A stretch of 61,040 bases of DNA, counting the filler. It is 13 parts of 13 records of this genome, joined end to end, with 100 filler letters (N's around TTAATTAATTAA, not from the genome) between each part and the next. Parts side by side here need not be neighbours in the genome. Positions count along the whole stretch, not along the records: positions 33,733 to 40,043 come from SRR15195285_4538; positions 40,144 to 43,518 come from SRR15195285_4541; positions 43,619 to 49,189 come from SRR15195285_4543; 10 more parts are not named here. One strand, 5' to 3'. The translations under genes and the position numbers were made by a program. The notes beneath the pieces are model-generated. The model had not been told where the DNA came from. It searched no databases and saw only the letters and a program-made list of their open reading frames with translations. Shown piece by piece: positions 33,733 through 45,352 of this stretch. Position 1 is the stretch's first letter; each line of letters starts with the position of its first letter.

Positions 33733-36700
33733 GTAACCGTACAGCCACTTGTAGTCGCTGAAGCCGTAGGTAGTAAAACCAGTAATGCGCGAGCCAGTAC
33801 CACCTTGTGAGCGCTCGCCAAAGGGAAACCGGTGAATATTGCCAGAGGTGTAGCTGCCACCGTGCTTGTTTCTCTGCACGAATCCTTCCACAGCTGCGCT
33901 TGTGAAATTATCAGTCCGTATCATATTGTCCAAGGTGTCTTCCGTCTCAACGTAATGGTGAAGATCGGCAAGCGTGTGTTGGAGCCCAGTGCTGGCGTCG
34001 ACAGCTGAGCCGCCTGATGTTTTGTCATTGTGTGCATAAAGGTACACATACTGCGGAATATTCCAGTCTTCTGTTGTAAATCTGTAGGTAGCGTCGCGTT
34101 GCCAGCCACCGCACGTTTGCAGGTATCCGTCCATGTCCCACTTGTTATAGACAAGCTCGTTAATGGGCGATCCGTCCTTTGCATTAAAGGGGAAGCGGTT
34201 GTGGAGGTCTGACGGAGGGACGTTTCCTCCTCCCCAGGGCGCCTGACCAGGGCACGAGAGGGGCTTAACCAAGTCCACGTACATGTTCTGGGTTACAGTT
34301 ACGTCGACCCAATAGTTTTCTTCAGACTCCACGCTTCCACACTCGTACGGACGCGTCAAGTCGGAATAGTCATCAAACTCGCAAAGTCCCAGGTCATTGA
34401 TAGGCTTGTTTGGATTTGTACCCGCCTGGCGCTGGACCTTCCGAGGTTCCGTATCCAGTTTAATGGTATAGTAACCGAACGTTGCGCCCTCAACGACATT
34501 GATGGAAATGGGGTCATGCGTCATGATATTGACGTTGTCTGTTGGTTCTTGTCTCAGTGTATCCGTAGTGGAAGCACCTGACTCTATCGTCACACCAGCG
34601 TAGTCGTTGTCTTTGGTGTGAATTGTTCGAATATGGTGGCGGAACGGCGTGTGGACGTCGTTCCTGCCGCCACATGTCTGATCCGGTGTCAGGAACTCCT
34701 CACACGCATACCCACCATGTCCGCCCTCCTCCAGGGTTTCATTTGCCGCGATAAGCTGATCCATTGTCATGGGAATGTACATATCTCCAACGAATTCTTG
34801 AACCTGGTAGGAATTGGTGTACGACCAGTATGTGTCACCATAATGGCTCTGTGTGATCGTGAACGACGTGAAATCGATCATCACCCCTGCGCGCTCATCT
34901 ACCAGATCGTCAACTGGGACGACCTTGATGGTCACCGGCTCATCCCATCGGTGTGTATCCTTTCCTTCTGCTTGCCCCCCGGTGTGGGTGAATGTGACAG
35001 AGGGTGGGTCGAATGTTGTTTGAGGTGTCGCGTCGGGGGTCACGACAATGAGAACGAGCTCCTCTTCGACGACCAGGATGGGCTCACCCAGATACTGCCG
35101 CTGCACGTGCTTAGTTCCTGGCGACGAGTTAAGTCGAATCTGGAATGAACCATAGTGACAGTCCGTATTCGTAGGATTTTCGTACAAGTTGGAAGTTATT
35201 GTTCCTTGGCCGTAACCAGCCTCTTCTGGGTCACCAGCCACCCATCCTCCCTGGAATGTGTCGACAATGCTATCAACAGCTTCAGACGCACCCCAGAAAG
35301 CACGTGAGTCACCCTTGACGTCACCGCGACATTCCATCGTGTGAATTGTGCACGCGAACTCGTCCTCTGGCTCAGTGAAGGCCGGCCCGATGCCCTTGAA
35401 CCCACGATTTGGTTGAGGGCTGATGGCACGGGAGTCAACGCCAGGAGTACATGCTTTGTAGCCATCCACGCTGCGATGCTGAACCGGCTGTCCGACAGGT
35501 GTGCAGTCATCGAAGGTATTTCGTATCGACGCAGGGTCCACGTCATACGGCAACCCACCAGAGGTGTACCTGTCCCAGTAAGGATCGTAATTCGTCCATG
35601 GGCGGTTGTCGATTCGGAAACACCTGTCCGACTTGCCGTTCTTTACATTCGGGTCATCGCCGAAGCAGGCAGGGTGGTCCGGATCGGTAATGTACCCGTT
35701 GCCAGAAGCACCAGCTTCTCCACGCAAGCCCCCGCCGCCAATCCCGTCATCATGGACCTGAAAACCACCTGCACTGGCCCAGTACTGCCCAGGGACGTAA
35801 GTACACGTTGCGATGTTGGAATCGGTTTCAGTGCACGAGCCAGGAGTAACGCCGAAGTCAGTCGATTCGCTCAACTGGCAATTCGTTGAGTCAAAAGCTG
35901 TGGCAGTTGCAACCAGTGTCGAAGTACAGCTGTCTGCGCTGTCCTCCTGGTCCGGCGTGCCGTCTTGATCAGAGTCTGAATATGTTCCATCAACATAGGC
36001 ACATGTGGCAACAGTACTATCAACAGCGGCGCACGACCCAGGCGTGTCACCATAGTCGCCAGTCGGGGTCAGCACACAATTGGTTGTGTCAGTAGTTGTG
36101 ACAGTAGGAACCAGTGTTGATGTGCAACTGTCTAGACGAATAACTGTGTCCAGAGACCCACTCGTTACACTGCGGCCTTGGAAGCCACTGCCCGAGATCC
36201 CATCCTCGGCGTATGCGCCAGCACGATCAAACTCATGGTACCAGTAGTTGACCCTGGGCGGAACCGCTTCAGTGTATTCACACCCACTAGGACATTCGGC
36301 AGTACCGTCAGTGTTTGCGTCGATGTCACACGTCGGTGTGTGCTCGGCTACAAAGGCACACCCGTCTGCACAGCCTGGTGGGTCTGTGCTACTGTCTAGT
36401 GCGCACGACTGTGATGAATCTGTCGGTGCGCCAGTACAGGAAGCGGAGACGATACTGGCTGTACCTGTGCAGGTAGCCGGTTCGGCATCCTGGACTTGCC
36501 TACGTTGCTGAGCACGTCGACGGCCAGCGCTGGCCTGGGTGTATGTGCATGCTTGCTGCGCGTTGTCAGAGTTTTTCATAACTGCATCGCACTCACTCGA
36601 GTCAGACAGATCAGTAACAGCATCGCATGCTGCAGCATCTGTTTCATCGGCTGAATCTCCGGTTGCTGTCTCAACGCAATCATACGTGGCCTGCGAGTCG

Positions 36701-39700
36701 CTGCTCTGCTGATTCTGATTCTGGAAGTCCATTCGATCGTATGTGTACCCATTCCAGTTCGTCCAATCAGTTGTCACTACACCAGCCGCCTCATAGGAAC
36801 CGATAAACTCCTCGTCAATCGACTGGGGATCTCCACCTTCCGACAGGTAGCTTCCATCACAAATGACAACCAAGTCTGCGATATCGTCATCAACAACCAC
36901 AACGTCGATTGAGGTCACGTTCATGCCAGTAAATTGGTGGTCCTCAAGACAAGGTTGGTCAGTATTGTGATTGTTCCCAGTGCAAGGACCGACAGTGTGA
37001 TAGATTGTGCGAAGTTCGGTCGGTTCGTCAACATCATCGTTCAGCGCAATCACAGTGATTCTGCGCGGAACGTTCCAGTCTTTGTCGGTGAACATCACAT
37101 CTAGGTCCGTGCTTCCCCTGGGCACTGGGATGTTATTGCCATCCAACGGCACATTATGAATGAAACAGCCGCTGTTAACCCACGCAGAGCCGGGATATTT
37201 TTCTCCGACACAATGTTCTTGCGACACCTCGTTGCGGTATGACGCTTCCTCGTAAAAAAAGAGCTCGTGGTCACGATATGTCGATGCTGCGAGATCTTCG
37301 CGTACGTGAACGACTACAGTTGTTCCCTCCAGCGGTGCACGGTCCAGCACGATCGTGTACGGACAAACTGGTGCTGTCATGCCCGCATATTCTGTGTTGG
37401 CATCATCTATCATAGTCCATCCGTCACCATGGAGCGACGCACAGGACACGTCAGCGCCGTCCTGTTCCCAGAAAAGGGCGTCATACTTGGGGTTGCTCGC
37501 GGACACAGTATTGTCGTCCAGGCTGCCTTGTATAGTGCCAAAAGTAGCCAGGTCTGGCGCATACCCAGCGGCATCGACAGCGGCGTCGAGTGTTTTGTAC
37601 TCCCCAGCGAAAAGACCTAGAGTCATGGACATCGGAGCGCCATTTGCGTACGTACAACCTGCAGGGCACAACGCAGTACCATCTGTGATGGAGTCTAGGT
37701 CGCATGTCAAGTTGACGTCATCGGCATTGCCGGTGCACGTAGCAGGACCGACAGCTGTCCCGTCGGCAAGGCAGCTGGACGGCGTCATCTCGCCTCGAAA
37801 ACGATCAAACCAGAACCTGCGCCCTTCTGTGGCTTCACAATGTCCACGAGAAATGGTGATACCTCGAGTGTCATCGTCCACTACCACAGTTTTTGCCGAG
37901 CAACCGATGCCGCGGTGCGTGTACTTGTCTGGTGCAAACTGCACCACCTGCAGCGCGTCCTCGGCTCCGCCCGGATTGGCAGCGCTGGTAGGGGTCCCGT
38001 CATCAAGCTCACAGCAACAAACTTGATTGGCTGCGTCGTTAACATGATAAGCAGAAGAACGGTCTGCAACAATCCCTGTCGTAGCTGGGGTGAACACGCA
38101 GCCGCTCGGACAAGTTGTCGACGGAGTGGCCGCGTCACCCGCCACGTAGTCAGTGGAGCAGTCCGCAACAGTCGGTGTGCAAGTTTCAGAGTCACCATCG
38201 CCAGCAAGCGTGCATGCAGAGGGGCACGATGTAGAAGGATTGCCAGCAGTCCCCGGGACGTAGCCATCACACGAGGCAACCTCGCACGTTTCATCTGTAG
38301 GAGTCACAGGGATCTCGGCAAGATACGTGCAGGCACCCGCATCTGTGCAAGTCGCAGCGTTGCCATCCAACAGTACTCCAGATTCTTCATGCTGCATGCG
38401 CGTTCTACATGCAGCTGCAGCTGTCGCTACGCAAGACTCTGGGTCTGCCGTGTACGTGCAGGCGCCCGCAGCAGTGCATGTCGCTTCAGTTCCGTCCAAA
38501 GCAACTGCCGCACACACAGCTGCATCTGTTGCTTCACAAGTTTCTGGCGTCGCAATCGCCCGCAATAGCCCCAGGTCATCTTCAGTTGCGATGCGCGGAT
38601 AGCGATTTATGTGGCGACCAAAGCGTGTATCGAACATGCTCAGATCGACCGTAAAATCTGCTAGTTGAGCGTCGACGTACGGACGATACGCGGAGTTGGT
38701 CGCCATCATGAGCCGAGCTCCTGGTGAGTTGTAGTACCAATCGATGCTCTCATACAAAAATCCGATTGAACTGGTACGATTCCGACCTTCGTCCGTGTTG
38801 TCGTCGACAGCAATCACCTCAAGGGCTTGCCACGTGTTCCAGTTCGTAGTCGAGAACGTGACATACGAGTTGCACGAGAACCCTGAGGTGGGTAGGATGG
38901 ACTCGACACCGTCCTTGTTGTAAAATCGAACTGTGATGAAGTCACCGTCCTTCCGGCAGCCGTGAACGGCCTCGGGAGAGTCGCAAGCAACCGCCCTGCA
39001 CGTCTCCCTTGTAAGCGTATCACGGTTGCTGGTGTACTCAAGGAATTGAGTTTGCGACGACGCATCGAACAGATCCTGGCGATCCCATCGATCTTGCAGG
39101 TCTACCGTGCCTTCGAAACATCCCCGTGTCGGATAGTTTCCGATCTGACCTGCGCCTGGAAAACTGGGGGGCACAATGCCTTCCTCCGGCGTGCGCTCCA
39201 CTGTACTACCGGAGCTGAAGCAAGTGTCGAACTGAGCCTTGTCCTGGAAAATTACCTGCTCATCGTCAGGCTGCATGTTGCAGTACGTGGAATCACAAGT
39301 TGGCTCCTCGCCGGGAGTAAAAAATGGACCACTCTGCAGATATACAGTCACTGGGTACGTCGGTTCACTGGCTAAGCGAAGTTTGATCTCCGAATTGTCT
39401 GAGCCCTCGATTGGTTGAGCAGTGTGTACGTTCTCGATCACTACGGCAGGGTCGTTGTCGGCGATGCTCACCGTCACGTCGTTTACCTCGATGTCATCGT
39501 AGTACGTATGCTCGAGATTGATATCTTGAGCGACGACGAAATGGTGCACGTACGAATCCTGCCCGCGGCGATTCACCTCTGGCTCGTACACGTCATCGTC
39601 TCGTGCCATGAGTGTGACAGTCTGTGGGACCTGCCAGTTGGTGCTGTCGAACACCAGCTGGGCAGCGGATGAAAGATCTCCGCGCCACGTGGAGCCACAT

Positions 39701-40002
39701 TGGACTGCCGTGTGGTCCCCTGACGTGGGCAACTCGCAGCTCCAGTTCGGTTGCAAGAAGTTCGGGGCCTCTGGCTGCTGGTCGCCGCCATTGAGCACCA
39801 GTTCTGGGCAGTTCGCGTATCGGCACACGGCGTCCGGATCCGTGCGCGTGCGTAGGACCTGGTTGCCGACAACGTCTATGCGATAGTCCGAGCTGCCCGA
39901 GACCGTATCGGCCAGCGGCACAGGGCTGCCATACGACCAGGCAGGTCCGTCCTGATGACCACCGCCAGTCTCCACAGGTACCACGCCATCATACACGGTC
40001 AT
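33733..40002 (-). CDS. Fragment of a giant acidic extracellular protein with Calx-beta/Ig-like repeats and Cys-rich repeats; likely truncated at both ends
   Basis: Intronless ORF of about 2090 aa. Five repeats of F-x-x-x-[ND]-W-x-x-P-Q-x-V-x-x-x-A-x-D-D type (FDSTNWQVPQ, FSTTNWNTWQ, FTDKDWNVPR, RWDEPVT, FTTEDWNIPQ). Confidence 0.85.
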
Positions 40003-40480
40003 ACCTACAGGCTTTCAGCGACTACAAGTGGCTGTACGGTTACNNNNNNNNNNNNNNNNNNNNNNNNNNNNNNNNNNNNNNNNNNNNTTAATTAATTAAN
40101 NNNNNNNNNNNNNNNNNNNNNNNNNNNNNNNNNNNNNNNNNNNGCACGAGATAGAGTATAAGAATAATCACGTAAATGATGACAACAATAGGGTTATCAT
40201 AGGGTTGGGCACTCAGAGTTGCTAAACTGCTGAGTGCCCTCGCCGCCCGGTGGCGTACGCTCCAGACGACTGACGTGCAATCTGCACTAATTCTTCTTGA
40301 GGATTGTTGGGAAATGCACGGTAGAGATTTGTTTGGTGCAAATTCAATGTAAACGTCGAATCCTCGCTCGCGTGAGGACCAGCAGCACACAACATACCCA
40401 TTGGCGCTAGCTACCGTACAACGGCTACGATTGCACCATTTGCAGTATCAGACCACTCTAACGCGAATTGCTATTCATCG

Positions 40481-43278
40481 CTAGTGACTAGCGTTGTACA
40501 AGCTGGACAGTCTTTCCACGCTGACTCTCGCTATAGGCGAGGCCGAAGCGGGCGAGGCAGCGAGCTTGTCGACATTGGCTCGCTGTTTCAACCGTTTCAT
40601 CAAACCTGCATCGCACGTCACATCGCAGAGTAAGGAAGCTGCAAGTCCATGGTATAGCAAGCAGCAATCGATCCGAAAGCACTAGATGTTCTACTCATCA
40701 GTTCACTCTTTTGCATCAATTCAATTCGTCTCACCGGTCAGCGTCTGTGATTGAAATGCCTTGGTGAAGACGCTGCTCTTGCTTTGCTTGCCAGACAACC
40801 GATCTTGCCACCACGTCCAGAACTCTTCAAAGTCAACTGAACCGTTCCCATCACCATCCATCTCTCCCATTGCCTCCGTAAGCTCCGTATCACTCAGCAA
40901 ATTGGCACTGTCATCGTCGTCACCATTGCTGCCTTTGAGCTCCCGGGCCAGCTGCCGAATCTCGTCTACGTCAAGCGTTCCTGAGACAAGGCCAAATGCA
41001 TTAGCGTCAACAAAATGACGGAGGCAGCTCTAGCAGGTCAGATCAGATCCGGAAGCGGAGCAAGAAGGAACTCACCGCTGTCGTCTGCATCAATGGAGTC
41101 GAATATTGTCCGTGCCACACTTCGATCTGCATCCGCCGTCATCTCTTGTTTCTCTCTTCGCTTCTTGGGGCTCAGGGTATTGATGAACTTGCGCATCCCT
41201 GACTCCATTGCATCGGCCTGTGATGCCGCATCAGCCTGTGCGGAGACAAACTTTTGGTACCAGTCCTTGAACTCGTCGTAATCCACACAGCCATTGCCAT
41301 CGGCATCCATCAACGCCATCGCAGCGTCTAAACCCGCCTCGCTCTCGATCTCAGCGCCAAGAGTTTTGGCAAGGTTAGCCACCTCCTCGCGATCTAACCC
41401 ACCGCTGCCATCGGCATCCATCTTGTCAAACAGGCGACGGACAACATCGTCGGAGTGCTGCAACGGTGGAGGCTTGACAGGCGGAGGCCGTGCTTTTTGG
41501 TTTGTCCCGCCTCGTCGCCCTCCAAAGAACTTTCCGAAGACACTGCTTTCCCAACCGGAACTGCTTTCATCGGGGTGAACGGACAGGTCCTGCGCCGCTG
41601 GTGGTGAATCCTCGTCCCTCTTGACCGTCTCCGTCCACCAGCTGAAAAACTCGTCGAAATCCACTTCACCGCTGCCATCTGCGTCCATCACCGCCATCGC
41701 AACATCTAGCTGCTCCTCGGTCATACTCTCACCCATCATGGCCTCGCCAAGCTCTGATATTTCACCACGATCGAGCGTGCCGTTCCCATCCACGTCCATA
41801 GTATCGAACACTTGACGCACCTTCTCACTGTAGCTGAGATTCGGGTCTGAATTGGTCACGTCGAACTCAAGCTTGATCGGGTTGCCGTTGACACCGTCCC
41901 ACTCTTCCCGCACCGCAATCGCGCAAGAAACCGGACCGAACTTCGATGCTACCAGCAAAGACTTTACCGCAACCTTCTTCTTCGCTTTCGCCTCACGCAC
42001 CGCCAGCTCGCGAGCTAACTGTAGTGCGCGGCGTTTGGCCGCGTTGCGCTCCGACAGCGCTACCGCTTCATCAACAACTTCGATCAACATCAGGGTCGCG
42101 CCATCGCGCGTTGCACGCTTGTCCGCCACGCGCCTCCTTGCATAGAAGCAGCGCAAGCCACACTGCATGGTGAGCACAGCGGCACGCACTGTCACGAACC
42201 GCTGCCTTGCTACCCGCCCACGAAAACACGCCTGGATCCTTGTCGCCGAGAATTGCATAATCCTGAGGCACTTTCGCTGCTGGTGGCCACGCCACAGTGC
42301 CTGGACCTTGGCGGCGCTCTTGTTCAGGAGTTTCATGTACTGCCGGGCAAGATAGCCACGCCAGCCACACTGAATTACAAGTGCGGCACTGTGCAACTGC
42401 GGCTCGAGGGAGTGGGGGATGTGCCGGATGTAATTCTGCTTCTGAATCTCGCGGTCAAGCACAGAAACCTGATCCTGGAAGCTGGCCTGAAGCAATGTGC
42501 CCGCGAGAAGCCGGTATGACTGACCTCTGCTGCGGCTCTTTTGACCATTCGTGCTGCTGCCTCTGGCCACCTGCATCTCGCTTGCCAAGAAGGTCGGTGC
42601 GTTCGTTGGCTGCCTGATGAAATTGGCCACATACGTGCCTTGCTGCTGCATCAGACTCCCTATGTTCGGCGCGCCTGCAGCGCGACCGAGCGGTGCGAGG
42701 TGTGCCTCAAGCTTACGTCGCACCTGACTGTCCTCGGCTCCTTCCCCGGGTCGCACAGAGAGGGGCTCTCCGCCGGTCGTGTGCCTTCTGCGGCTACCTG
42801 CGGGCTGGGCCACACGTCCAGACCGGCGCCTGAGATCTGCCTGCACAGCTGGGCTGTCCACAGCGATGAACTGCTCGTGTAGACTGGCGGAGTATGGTGT
42901 CATCAGCATCGCCCGATCCCTTGCAGTCGACGGCAGACCGCCGGCGGCCACGAAGCTAGTGCGATGCCAGTCCGGAGTGTGCAGCCGACCGTCGCGGTTG
43001 AACGTCTTCGGCCGGGGCACCGCAACCTCCGTCCACAGAGGAGTCTCACCACGCGCGAAGCTCTCTAGCCCAGGGTCGGCCCAGCCCTCCGTCCCCAGGC
43101 TGGGCAGTCGCCTCTCCGACGACACGGCATCGGGTGCTGCTTGTCTCCGACCCGCCTGCGCTCTCTGAGAGCCCGTGGAGCGCTGCCGCTTCCCTCGCGA
43201 TCCGTACGCCCGCGCGTTGTCCAGGCTGTTTAGGATCCGCGGCGCGCTCTTGGACATCAGCCCTCGCTCGTCGCTCAT
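40481..43278 (-). CDS. IQ-motif and multi-EF-hand calcium-signalling protein; last exon uncertain
   Basis: Four IQ motifs (IQCGWRGYLAR, VQALWRGH, IQACFRG, MQCGLR) and three EF-hand pairs (DVDGNGTLD, DADGSGEVDFDEF etc.). Intron at 41075-40981. Confidence 0.85.
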
Positions 43279-43493
43279 CTCCTGCGCTGTGGCCACACCA
43301 GCTCAGCGCCTCCGAGCACAGAGACGACTGAGCGAGAGAGAGACCCCACGGCTCAGAGGGAGACGACTGTGGCTTCCACTGAGGGCGCGCTCTTCGACAT
43401 CAGCCCTTGCTCGCCGTCCATCTCCCACACTTTTCTGAGTGGCCACACCCGCTCCTATGCTCTGCGGTGTGGAAGGCAGGGAGAGGCGACAGC

Positions 43494-43518
43494 GAGAGAG
43501 AGAGAGAGAGAGAGAGAG
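43494..43518 (+). repeat. (GA)n microsatellite at contig end
   Basis: Read directly. Confidence 0.95.
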
Positions 43519-44027
43519 NNNNNNNNNNNNNNNNNNNNNNNNNNNNNNNNNNNNNNNNNNNNTTAATTAATTAANNNNNNNNNNNNNNNNNNNNNNNNNN
43601 NNNNNNNNNNNNNNNNNNTCAAGACCAAGTATCAGATTATAGACAGAAGTTCCGGGACCTCCTGCTGGCCACCGCCTGCCTTCTGCGCGTGGCTGCCGTG
43701 GGCCGCCGCGCGCGTGCGCTCGACCACGCAGCGACCCCTTCCGGTACCGTGTAGCAGTGCTGCGAGGTAGGCAGGTGGTAGCGCGCCCACACGCGTGTGG
43801 CCGCGTGCGGCGCCTGCGAGCGCAGCGAGAGGCTGCTCCACTGGCATCGCCGCGTCAGCAACAGCATTATGTAAGCAAGCGCACCGGCGACGGTTTGATT
43901 CCGGCGACGATTGTCGAGCTGCGAGCGCGGCGTTCAGATATCCAATTATGTAGGAAAACGGGGCGTCGGTTCCGTCCCTGTGGTATAGATAGAGAGCTGG
44001 TGAGTGAAGTGGCCAATCGCGCTGGGG

Positions 44028-44981
44028 ATGTCCGATCTTGACTCCGGTGGGCCGGACTACTACGCCGTGCTAGGGTGCTCGCCGGACGTCGATGCAGCGA
44101 CGCTGCGTAGGACTTTCCGGCGCTTGGCTGTCAAGTACCACCCTGACAAAAACCAAGAGCCTGGTGCTGACGAGCGCTTCAAAGAGATCAGCGAGGCTTA
44201 CGAAGTGCTCTCTGACCCGGCACGCCGCAGCGTATACGATCGTGATGGCCACAGAGGGCTCAACGGCCTGCGGGCCCGCGAAACTGCGCGGCGGCGCGAG
44301 GAGTCAGCGGCAGCACGCGAGTCCACCAGCAGCAGCCAAGATCCACGTCGGCCATTTGCCGGGGGTGGCAGCGGCCCGCAGTGGCGTCCAGGCAATGGTG
44401 GCCCTAGCGCCTGGCCTCCACCGCGCAACCCTTCTCCTTCGCCACCTCCACCGGTTGAGCGACCGCTGCAAGTAACGCTGGAAGAGCTGTTGTTTGGATG
44501 CTCGAAGACGTGCGTCGTAAAAGAGCGCTCCACGCCAATCGATGGTCCGTCTGTTCCACAGCACGTCGTGGAGGTGCAGGTAGAACCGGGCTGGAAAGAC
44601 GGGACTAGGGTGACATTTGAGGGTGCGGGGGTAGATCGTGGCGATGTCACTTTTGTTGTATTCGAGATGCCTCACCCGCGCTTTGAGCGAAATGGCGACA
44701 ACTTGTCGACGAATGCGCAGATCTCTCTGAAGGACGCGCTTTGTGGCGGAGTTGTGGCTGTCCCGACGCTGGACGGCTACCGTCACGAGTTGCTCTTCAC
44801 GGGTAATGATGGCGTTATCGCACCCGGGCGGCGGCGAACCATTGAAGGACTCGGTATGCCCAAAAGATCGGCGGGGGTAGGACTGACTGGCGAGCGCGGG
44901 GTTCTAGTTGTAACGTTCGAGATAGAGTTTCCGGTCAAGCTGAGCCCAGACCAACGGCTCAGACTCTGCGCGCTGCTGTAA
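44028..44981 (+). CDS. Class B DnaJ/Hsp40 co-chaperone
   Basis: DYYAVLG..KYHPDKN..FKEISEAYEVLSD J-domain. C-terminal domain VTLEELLFG, PGWKDGT, HPRFER, GLGMP. No zinc finger. Confidence 0.92.
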   Translation: MSDLDSGGPDYYAVLGCSPDVDAATLRRTFRRLAVKYHPDKNQEPGADERFKEISEAYEVLSDPARRSVYDRDGHRGLNGLRARETARRREESAAARESTSSSQDPRRPFAGGGSGPQWRPGNGGPSAWPPPRNPSPSPPPPVERPLQVTLEELLFGCSKTCVVKERSTPIDGPSVPQHVVEVQVEPGWKDGTRVTFEGAGVDRGDVTFVVFEMPHPRFERNGDNLSTNAQISLKDALCGGVVAVPTLDGYRHELLFTGNDGVIAPGRRRTIEGLGMPKRSAGVGLTGERGVLVVTFEIEFPVKLSPDQRLRLCALL

Positions 44982-45352
44982 GGGTACCGCTGACGACATG
45001 TCATCGACAAACCTAGCCGCTATCACGGACGAACACGCCTCGGCACTCGGTTTTGGACGTTGCTGGCACACATTTTCAATCACGCTACATGCATCATTAC
45101 GTAATTGTAGTATATACATGCATGATAGTGCTGCCGCCTCTGCCGTCGCCGCTGCTACAGCAGTCCGAGCGGGTGAGTTGCAGTGAGCATGGCGTACGTC
45201 TTCGGCGTTCGACCACTCGACGAGTTGGTATGACACGGCGAGAAACTGGCGCACAGCATAAGTTAGTTGCAGAATTCTGCTGGGCCGAATGTGTACCAGC
45301 TCAACAACAGACACAGGAGTGTTATTTTGCTGGGGCCAACTGTATCCTAATT

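Noticed and set aside
33733-40043. Autonomous TIR transposon or Polinton/virophage suggested by the terminal inverted repeats
   Set aside because: The single ORF is an extracellular repeat protein with no transposase, integrase, polymerase or capsid motifs, and it runs through the left repeat.
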